A stretch of DNA of 64,000 nt from Holophagales bacterium. Lineage in GTDB: Bacteria; Acidobacteriota; Thermoanaerobaculia; Multivoradales; Multivoraceae. The stretch is from positions 325,526-389,525 of the forward strand of contig VXSP01000045.1 in NCBI GenBank assembly GCA_009837885.1, read 5' to 3'. Position 1 is the stretch's first letter, and every line of letters starts with the position of its first letter. The notes under the pieces are model-generated. The model did no database searches and was not told the origin of the DNA. It saw only the letters and a list, made by a program, of their open reading frames with translations. Of the stretch, positions 57,336 through 64,000 are shown piece by piece. Position numbers and translations under genes: made by a program.

Positions 57336-58730
57336 ATGAGCGGTTGCACACCCCTCTGGGGCCGCCGCGAGCTGTTGAAGGCGGCCTGGGTAGGGCCTTC
57401 GGCGGCGGCCGCCGCGTTTAGCGCCCACGCCGCGGCGAGTCAGGAAGCTGACGAAGACGACGCCGCGGGGCAGCCGGCCGAAGAGGCGCTCAAGGCATAC
57501 CGGGCGGGCTTCGCCGCTCCGCCGCTCGAGCGGGTGCGGATCGGTTTCGTCGGCGTCGGCCTTCAGGGCGGCGGCCACGTCCGGAACTTCCTCCGCATCG
57601 AGGGGGTCGATCTCGTGGCGGTCTGCGACATCGACGAGCGTCGCGCCGAGGAGGTGGCCTCGTGGATCGTCGACGCGGACAACGAGCCGCCCGAGCTCTA
57701 CACCCGGGGCGAGACGGACTTCAAGCGTCTCTGCGAGCGCGACGATATCGACCTCGTCTTCAACTCGACCCCCTGGCGGTGGCACGTTCCCGTCTGCGTC
57801 GAGGCGATGGAAACCGGGAAGCACACCGCGGTCGAGGTGCCGGCCGCGATCACGCTCGAGGGCTGCTGGCGTCTGGTCGAGACCGCCGAACGCACCGCGC
57901 GGCACTGCGTGATGATGGAGAACTGCAACTACGGCCGCAGCGAGATGATGGTCCTGAACATGGTGCGCCAGGGCCTGCTGGGAGACCTTCTTCACGGCGA
58001 GGCGGCCTACATTCATGACCTGCGGTCGATCAAGTTCTCCGATCGCAACGAGGGACTGTGGCGCCTGCAGCACTCGGTGGAACGGAACGCGAACCTCTAC
58101 CCGACCCATGGCCTTGGGCCAGTAGCCCAGTGCATGGACATCAACCGGGGCGACTGCTTCGACTACCTCGTCTCGCTGTCGAGCCCGGCCAAGGGGCTGG
58201 CGCTCTACGCGGCGGAACGGTTCGGCGCCGACGATCCGCGGGCCAGGGTCCGCTACGCCCTGGGTGACATGAACTCGAGCCTGATCCGGACGCGGCGCGG
58301 GCGCAGCATCCTGCTGCAGCACGACACGACGACGCCCAGACCGTACAGCCGGCTCAACCTGGTGCAGGGTACCCGCGGCGTGTTCGCGGGGTTTCCGGAC
58401 CGGATCTTCATCGAAGGCGAGGCCGAGGGGCACGAGTGGAGCGATGTCGAGCCCTACCGGGAGCGCTTCGAGCATCCGTTGTGGGCGGAGCGGTCCGGCG
58501 ATGCCGAGGGCGCCGGCCACGGCGGCATGGACTACCTCGAGGACTACCGGCTGGTCCGCTGTCTGCTCGAGGGCACGCCCACCGACATGGACGTCTACGA
58601 CGCGGCGGCGCTGTCGGCGCCGGTCGAGTTGAGCGAACTCTCGGTCGCCCGGGGCAGCGAGCCGGTCGAGTTCCCCGACTTCACCCGCGGCGCCTACCGG
58701 ACGCGGCCGCCGCTGGGGATCGTCGCCTGA
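57336..58730 (+). CDS. Gfo/Idh/MocA-family oxidoreductase with Tat signal (GH109-like)
   Basis: Tat-like RRELLKAA. Rossmann motif RIGFVGVGLQGGGHVRNF and a Gfo/Idh/MocA C-terminal domain. Confidence 0.85.
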   Translation: MSGCTPLWGRRELLKAAWVGPSAAAAAFSAHAAASQEADEDDAAGQPAEEALKAYRAGFAAPPLERVRIGFVGVGLQGGGHVRNFLRIEGVDLVAVCDIDERRAEEVASWIVDADNEPPELYTRGETDFKRLCERDDIDLVFNSTPWRWHVPVCVEAMETGKHTAVEVPAAITLEGCWRLVETAERTARHCVMMENCNYGRSEMMVLNMVRQGLLGDLLHGEAAYIHDLRSIKFSDRNEGLWRLQHSVERNANLYPTHGLGPVAQCMDINRGDCFDYLVSLSSPAKGLALYAAERFGADDPRARVRYALGDMNSSLIRTRRGRSILLQHDTTTPRPYSRLNLVQGTRGVFAGFPDRIFIEGEAEGHEWSDVEPYRERFEHPLWAERSGDAEGAGHGGMDYLEDYRLVRCLLEGTPTDMDVYDAAALSAPVELSELSVARGSEPVEFPDFTRGAYRTRPPLGIVA

Positions 58731-59776
58731 GAGTCGCCTACCTTCTGCCCGGCGCCGCCCTCTACGGCGGCGTCAAGGTGGTCTTGCAGCACGCCCGGGC
58801 GCTCCGCAGCCTCGGAGTCGACGCGACCGTCCACTCGCCGGATCCGTGCCCGGCCTGGTTCGACGGGGCGGACGCCTTCTACCGGCAGGTTCGGGCCCTC
58901 GACCGGCGATCGCTGCCGCGGGTCGAGGTGGCGGTGGGGACGCTGGCGCCGACGGTCGCTCCGGCGATCGAGGTCGCCGAGTACCTGGCGTGCCACCTGT
59001 GCCAGGGCTACGAGCCGGCCCACGAGACGCTGTCTCGCGCCGAGCGCGCTGGGATGCTGGCGGCGTACGAGTTGCCGGCCCGGAAGCTGGTCGTGTCGCC
59101 TCACCTCGTCCGCACGGTTCGCGAGCGGCACGGCGTCGAGGCTCACTGGATTCCGCAGCCGTTCGAGCCGGCGCTGTTCCGACCCCCGGAGGAGGAACGA
59201 GAAGACGATGGCCGGCTACGTGTGCTCGTTAGCGGCCACTGGGATCTCGAAGTCAAGGGAGTCGCCTGGTGCCTGCGCGCACTACGGCCGCTCTTCGAAC
59301 GAAGCGGTCGCCGTCTCGACCTGGTGCGCCTGTCGCTCGACGCGGATGCCGAGGAAGTCTCCTTCTGGCCGGAAGCGGAGCGGCATCGTCACGTTCTTCC
59401 CGCCGAGGTTCCGGCATTGATCCGAGGCGTCGACCTGTGCATCGGACCGTCGTCGCCGCTCGAAGGCTTCGGCCTGCTCGCGCTCGAAGCGATGGGCTGC
59501 GCCCGTTCCTGCGTTCTGACGGAGATTCCCTCCCACCGCGACCTCGATCCCGAAGACCGGGCCTCGATCAAGGTGCCGTTCGGCGACGCGGAGGCGCTTC
59601 GAGTTGCGGTGGAATGCCTGTGGCGCGACCGCGACCTGCGGTGGCGGCTCGGCATGGCGGGGCGGGCGATCGCCGAAACGTACACGGAACGCCGCACCGG
59701 CGAAGCGCTGATGCGGGCGTTCGGCGTCGACCCGGTGAGGCGGCAGCCCGCGGCTCAGACGAAGATCGAGACGTAG
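58727..59776 (+). CDS. Glycosyltransferase family 1/4
   Basis: GT-B C-terminal motif EGFGLLALEAMGCARSCV. The N-terminus RVAYLLPGAALYGGVKVV is typical of GT4. There is no in-frame ATG/GTG/TTG before the conserved N-terminus. The only candidate is CTG at 58727, overlapping the upstream stop as CTGA. Confidence 0.65.
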   Translation: MRVAYLLPGAALYGGVKVVLQHARALRSLGVDATVHSPDPCPAWFDGADAFYRQVRALDRRSLPRVEVAVGTLAPTVAPAIEVAEYLACHLCQGYEPAHETLSRAERAGMLAAYELPARKLVVSPHLVRTVRERHGVEAHWIPQPFEPALFRPPEEEREDDGRLRVLVSGHWDLEVKGVAWCLRALRPLFERSGRRLDLVRLSLDADAEEVSFWPEAERHRHVLPAEVPALIRGVDLCIGPSSPLEGFGLLALEAMGCARSCVLTEIPSHRDLDPEDRASIKVPFGDAEALRVAVECLWRDRDLRWRLGMAGRAIAETYTERRTGEALMRAFGVDPVRRQPAAQTKIET

Positions 59777-60864
59777 AAGCCGGCCGTGGCCAGGCTCTCG
59801 CGGTCGGGTGTCATCGACGCGGGAAGCGCGTCGATGCGCTCCGGCAGGGGAGTGGTCTGGGCGTCGATCCGGTAGCGGTCGAAACCGGCCGCGTGGAGCC
59901 AGTCCTCGAGCGTGCGGCGAGTGAAGAAGCGGACGTGGGTAGCGCAGAGCAGACCCATGGGCACATAGTCCCATCGTCCGGCGATCAGGTCCTCGACCAC
60001 CGAGTAGTGGCCGACGTTGGGCACCGAGAAGACCATCCGGCCGCCGGGACGGAGCCAGCCGGCGGCCCGTTCCAGGAACGCCTGACCGTCCGTGAGATGT
60101 TCGAAGAGTTCGAAGGCGACGATGGCGTCGAAGGTCTCTCCGGGTTCCACGGTCTGGACGTCGCCCCGGATCACCCGGTCGAGCCGCCTCTCGGCCGCCA
60201 GTGCCGCTTCAGGATTCAGTTCGATGCCGACAGTGCGGCAGCCGAAACGGTCCTTGATCAGGGCCGCGGTCGCCCCGCGGCCGCAGCCGACCTCCAGAAC
60301 GGAGGATTCGGGCCCGAGGTCTTGGGGCAGGAGCGGCAGGACATCGGCACGTTCGCCGCCGTAGTAGTCGATGAACTCGTAGCAGAGGCCGGCTCGCGGA
60401 CCGGGTATCCGCTCGCCCGCGGCCAACCGTGCAGCGGCCGCGGTCGACAGCAGCGCGGCGGGGGAGGCCGCTTCGCCGGAAAGTGGCCCGGCCGTGTTTG
60501 TGGAGTCGGAGGCGAGCCATGCGGTCTCGGCCTGTTCAAAGTCGGCCAGAGTGAACAGGTCGCTGCTTGCTTCCGGGCCGGTTGTTGTCAGGTCGGTGGC
60601 GTAGAGGGCGCCGTTGCCTCCGTCGCGGCTGTTCGCCGCGAGTTCCTCCCGCATTCTGCGCAGGGACTTGCGGCCGATCAGGACGCGGCAGGACCCCAGG
60701 ACGAGGGTCGCTTCCGTGTCGTCGGGCGGTTCGGCTGGCAGCTCTGAAACAACCTGGACCTCGCCGAACACGGCGCGCGCCTCGCCGACCAGCCAGCGAC
60801 GGAGATACCACCACTCGGCTGACGCCTCGGCCTCGGCGTCCCAGGGCAGGACCAGCAGGAGCAT
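59755..60864 (-). CDS. Class I SAM-dependent methyltransferase (with N-terminal extension domain)
   Basis: SAM motif I VLEVGCGRGATAA, post-I acidic residue (IELN), and motif II/III (AIVAFELFEHL...LRPGGRMVF). Confidence 0.8.
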   Translation of the reverse strand: MLLLVLPWDAEAEASAEWWYLRRWLVGEARAVFGEVQVVSELPAEPPDDTEATLVLGSCRVLIGRKSLRRMREELAANSRDGGNGALYATDLTTTGPEASSDLFTLADFEQAETAWLASDSTNTAGPLSGEAASPAALLSTAAAARLAAGERIPGPRAGLCYEFIDYYGGERADVLPLLPQDLGPESSVLEVGCGRGATAALIKDRFGCRTVGIELNPEAALAAERRLDRVIRGDVQTVEPGETFDAIVAFELFEHLTDGQAFLERAAGWLRPGGRMVFSVPNVGHYSVVEDLIAGRWDYVPMGLLCATHVRFFTRRTLEDWLHAAGFDRYRIDAQTTPLPERIDALPASMTPDRESLATAGFYVSIFV

Positions 60865-60899
60865 GGCGTGATCGTAGCGTTGGCCCGAGGCGCGGGTCC

Positions 60900-61970
60900 C
60901 TACAGTCTCTCCATCACCTCATCGTGGAACTGCTGGATGACCCGTTCCTGGGTCGCCAGCGAAGGCAGGAGCATGAGCTGGTCGAGACCGGCGTCGGCGA
61001 GGGTGCGGACCTGTGCCCGTACCTCCTCGGCCGTACCCGCAAGGCAGGAGGCGCGGATGAGATCAGGGGTGACGAACCTCTCTTCTTCCGGCAGGGAGTA
61101 CGTACAGTGCCCGGCGTGGACGCGCAGGTGGCGCCCTCTCGCCGGCGTCTGCTCGACCAGCGCGCAGTACTCGTCCCAGACCGGCCGCACGTGCGGCGGC
61201 GGCTCGCGGTCGAACTGGTGCTGCTGGTCGTACAGGTAGTGCAGGCCGGAGAGGACGAAGGGCCCGCACTCCTCGATCACCCGCGGCGAGGTCAGGTCCT
61301 CGCCGGGCTCGAGAATCACGGCCGTGGTAAGCGAGCAGGTGTAGAAGCTGTCGGCGTCGAAGTCCCGGCCGGCCGCCTCGGCGCCCCGGCCGCAGTTCTC
61401 GATCGCGCGATCGAACAGCGAGGCGTTCGGCGGAATCGACATGACCAGGCCGTCGCCGACCTCGCCGGCCAGGCCCTGGCTCTTGGGACCGAAGCCGGAG
61501 ACGTACATCGGGATGCGCGGCTCGGTGGCGATGAAGCCCTGTTCCTCCATGAGGAAGCGGAGCGGCTCCGTGCGGCCGCGGAACGTGAAGTCGACCTCCT
61601 GGCCGTCGAGCAGCGCCCGCACCACGCGCAGGTACTCGCCGAACTCCTGGACGCCGACCGGGCGGTGCCCCATCAGTCGGAGCGCCGTGTTGCCGGCGCC
61701 GATGCCGAGGAAGGTGCGTCCCGGAGCGATGCGGTTGATCGTCGCGATGCTGTGCGCCGTGACCGGCGCGATCCGCGTGCCGGTGATCGCGACGCCGGTC
61801 CCGAGCCTGATCCGGCTCGTCCGCTCCGCCGCCAGCGCCAGCACCGCGTAGCAGTCCGACCAGATCATCTGGCTGTCGGCGATCCACGCATGGCTGTACC
61901 CGAGCGCTTCCGCCCTCTCGATGTAGCCGATGTCGTCGATCTTGCTGGCGACGCAGACGCCGAAGTCCAT
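60900..61970 (-). CDS. LLM-class (luciferase-like) flavin-dependent oxidoreductase
   Basis: ATG at 61970 (MDFGVCV...). Typical LLM TIM-barrel N-terminus and length of 356 aa. Confidence 0.85.
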   Translation of the reverse strand: MDFGVCVASKIDDIGYIERAEALGYSHAWIADSQMIWSDCYAVLALAAERTSRIRLGTGVAITGTRIAPVTAHSIATINRIAPGRTFLGIGAGNTALRLMGHRPVGVQEFGEYLRVVRALLDGQEVDFTFRGRTEPLRFLMEEQGFIATEPRIPMYVSGFGPKSQGLAGEVGDGLVMSIPPNASLFDRAIENCGRGAEAAGRDFDADSFYTCSLTTAVILEPGEDLTSPRVIEECGPFVLSGLHYLYDQQHQFDREPPPHVRPVWDEYCALVEQTPARGRHLRVHAGHCTYSLPEEERFVTPDLIRASCLAGTAEEVRAQVRTLADAGLDQLMLLPSLATQERVIQQFHDEVMERL

Positions 61971-62201
61971 GGGGCCGGCAGTGTACCGCCGGAAGCTTCG
62001 GCTGCACCCGCCCGTTCCGGGCCTCAGGGGAGAGGGTCCCAGCGGGCTGGGCGGCGTAGACGTGCGTGCAGGCCCAACAGTGCATCGTCCTGGAGCCTTT
62101 GGCGGCGCAGTCTTGGCGGGTTCTGGTCCTTGTCGACCGTCTAGCCACCGGGAACTCATGCACCGACCTTGTGTTCTAACAGAATACTGTAAATTTAGTG
62201 A

Positions 62202-63260
62202 GTGCTGCTCCTGAGCCAGAGACCCTTGCGAGACAGAGATGGCGATCGGGCGCTCTTCACGGGTCGAGAGCCTGAGCTCGATCGCCTACTGCGAGCGTCC
62301 CGAGTTGGATTCAACGCCATCGTCTTGGGTGATCGAGGTGCAGGTACTAGCTCGTTGCTGGCTCGACACGCTTCCCACCTCGAAGGCCGGGGCGGTCGAG
62401 TGTGCCTCGTGACGGGAACCGCGGTCGACTCGATGCGTGGGCTCGCGGAAGCGATCCGACTCGCTGCCGAGGGAAGGCGGACTGTCGGCCGCGTTCCACC
62501 GGCTCAGGAACGGGGAGAGGACGAGCAGTCGGTACTCGGCAGGTTGATCCACGGTGACCCGCAGTCCTTGGGCCGGCTGCGTGACGTGTGCTTCGAGTTG
62601 GAGGAGTCCAACAACAGTGGGCGGCTGACCGTCATTCTCGACAATGTGCTGCGGCCAGAGATGGTCCACGGGCTCTTCGGCCGGTGCCGGGACGAAGTCT
62701 GGGAGTTACCAACGCGATGGGTGATTGCGGGGCGAGCAGATCGGCGCAGCCAGTATCTGAAGCCGCCGGCCGACTCCTTCTTCGACACTGAGGTGTACGT
62801 CGGAGCTCTTGAACCGGGAGTAGCGCGAGAACTGGTCCTTGCGCGCCTGAAGTCAGCCTTGCCCGAAGAGCGTGTCGACGCGGAACGAATCCGGCGCCGG
62901 CTTGACCAGATCGTGGAGCGCGGCGCGGGGAATCCCCGGCGGCTCTTGTCAGCGGCCAGGGACGTGCTCCTTAGTACCCAGGAGGAAGCGGAGAGCGGCG
63001 ACTCTGCCCTCGCCGCCGCTGCGTCGCTAGGCAAGACGGAGTTTGCTGCACTGCACTACTTGATGGACAGGGGCCCCGCGAGCGCGTCTGACTCGGAGTT
63101 CCAGGCAGACCTTGGAGTGACCCGTTCGCGTGCCACCCAGGTCCTGAAACGACTCGAAGACTCGAATCTCGTCACGGTCTTCGAGACGCGAACCGGCCGC
63201 GGCAGGCCGCGGAAGCTCTATCGTTCGATCGGCAGCGCGAGTGCGGAGGATCCTGCATGA
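62202..63260 (+). CDS. AAA-like ATPase-fold protein with degenerate Walker A (GDRGAGTSS) and C-terminal winged-helix domain
   Basis: - Arch-ATPase/AAA_16-like N-terminus (FTGREPELDRLL...IVLGDRGAGTSSLL).
- C-terminal MarR-like wHTH (LHYLMDRGP...LGVTRSRATQVLKRLEDSNLV).
- Codon usage is atypical for this window (frequent cga, ctt, ttg, act, agt).
- Preceded by an AT-rich spacer. Confidence 0.5.
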   Translation: MLLLSQRPLRDRDGDRALFTGREPELDRLLRASRVGFNAIVLGDRGAGTSSLLARHASHLEGRGGRVCLVTGTAVDSMRGLAEAIRLAAEGRRTVGRVPPAQERGEDEQSVLGRLIHGDPQSLGRLRDVCFELEESNNSGRLTVILDNVLRPEMVHGLFGRCRDEVWELPTRWVIAGRADRRSQYLKPPADSFFDTEVYVGALEPGVARELVLARLKSALPEERVDAERIRRRLDQIVERGAGNPRRLLSAARDVLLSTQEEAESGDSALAAAASLGKTEFAALHYLMDRGPASASDSEFQADLGVTRSRATQVLKRLEDSNLVTVFETRTGRGRPRKLYRSIGSASAEDPA

Positions 63261-63955
63261 GTCGCCACCTCCTCGTGTGGCTGCTCCAGACCCACGCCTT
63301 CGACGATGCTTCGCCACGCCACGACACCCGAGGCTACGAGCTGCCTACGGTACTCGGCGACCAGACTCTTCGGTACGTCCACGGCGGCATGGCTCCTCGT
63401 ACGCTGCCATGGCCGGGGCTGGAAGGAGTCGCTCCCGGCCAGAAGGGGCCAGCCGACTTTGGCCTGTCCTCGGCTTGGCCGCCGCAGCGACCGCTGCGTG
63501 CCGAGCGTCGACCAGTGACGACGACGCGGGAGGAGGTGATGGCGAACGTCTATGCGGCGTTCGGTTGGCGTGGAAGTCGCGAAGAGGGCGACGAACGGGT
63601 CGTTGTCCTGTCTGTGCGGACGCCGCCGGGCCTTCGGGACGTCCGGATCGACCACGGATTCGTGGAGCATGTGGCCAGGCACGCGAATCGCGGTGCCTTC
63701 GCGAACTACGTTTTGCCAACCCTGAAGGAACCCCATGAGGTCTGGTTGACGCACGTAGGTTCCAGTAGGGGTGGGGCCTTTCGGCATCACTTTCTTGCGG
63801 CTTTCGATGATGGAGTGACCGCGGTTGTCGTCGTGGAGCCCGGCGAGGCGCCGGTTGCTTGGAACTTCTTCCCCGTAAGGCGCCGGACGGATGTCCGGAA
63901 ACGGCGAAAGGGCATGCTCCTCTACTCTCGGCGCCAAGAAGGCGGGGAGGGCTGA
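63257..63955 (+). CDS. Hypothetical protein co-transcribed with the AAA-like/wHTH gene (alternative start ATG 63539 with a strong GGAGGAGG RBS)
   Basis: ATGA overlap with the upstream stop. The C-terminal 138 aa (MANVYAAFGWRG...HVARHANRGAFANYVLP...RHHFLAAF) has coding-like composition, but no family was recognised. Confidence 0.4.
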   Translation: MSRHLLVWLLQTHAFDDASPRHDTRGYELPTVLGDQTLRYVHGGMAPRTLPWPGLEGVAPGQKGPADFGLSSAWPPQRPLRAERRPVTTTREEVMANVYAAFGWRGSREEGDERVVVLSVRTPPGLRDVRIDHGFVEHVARHANRGAFANYVLPTLKEPHEVWLTHVGSSRGGAFRHHFLAAFDDGVTAVVVVEPGEAPVAWNFFPVRRRTDVRKRRKGMLLYSRRQEGGEG

Positions 63956-64000
63956 CGGGCGCGCGTCGCGGGTTAGGAGAGGCTGGAGCCTGCCGCCGCC

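Noticed and set aside
59269-60747. 492-aa plus-strand ORF antisense to the methyltransferase
   Set aside because: Arg/Gly/Ala-rich low-complexity translation, antisense to a gene with clear SAM-MTase motifs.

Overview
This is a high-GC (about 67-68%) bacterial chromosomal segment with about 55 protein-coding genes and no rRNA, tRNA or CRISPR array. Read from the sequence, it contains the following, in order:
- The 3' end of a TPR-repeat gene.
- A 1243-aa secreted ExeM/NucH-like nuclease with a duplicated novel C-terminal module.
- An aldo/keto reductase and a DUF1800/DUF1501 pair.
- A NYN-domain gene overlapped antisense by a small acidic ORF, followed by a hicB-hicA toxin-antitoxin pair.
- A translationally coupled minus-strand operon: class-II cytochrome c, two paralogous 4-TM proteins, a PQQ dehydrogenase and a PQQ quinohemoprotein alcohol dehydrogenase.
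- DUF1330, DUF418, alpha/beta hydrolase, GST, sulfotransferase, exonuclease III (xth), GNAT and SDR genes.
- A frameshifted Tat-secreted PhoD-like phosphatase divergent from a TonB-dependent receptor.
- A marR / RND adaptor (MFP) / RND permease efflux operon.
- A heme-c plus DBH-like copper monooxygenase fusion.
- smc and pyrR-pyrB-pyrC.
- FAD dehydrogenase, M23 peptidase and HAD hydrolase genes.
- A respiratory cluster in which two paralogous amicyanin-like cupredoxin genes flank an ActC-ActD-ActF module of Alternative Complex III. ActA, ActB and ActE are absent. The module sits directly upstream of an aa3-type oxidase (coxI-coxIII-coxIV-orfX-coxII) whose CoxII has no cytochrome c domain.
- A Gfo/Idh/MocA oxidoreductase, a glycosyltransferase, a methyltransferase and an LLM oxidoreductase.
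- Finally, the edge of an island with atypical codon usage. It encodes a degenerate-Walker-A AAA-like plus winged-helix protein translationally coupled to an unknown small protein, and is cut by the window end.
The cupredoxin-flanked partial ACIII / aa3 cluster and this terminal island are the best candidates for an undescribed system.
Other observations worth a second look:
- Three CTGA stop/start overlaps where the downstream gene has no canonical start codon.
- A 35-bp perfect inverted repeat, possibly a miniature inverted-repeat transposable element (MITE).
- A minus-strand intrinsic terminator implying antisense transcription across the NYN gene.
All calls rest on motif recognition in the supplied translations. 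Nothing was searched against a database.
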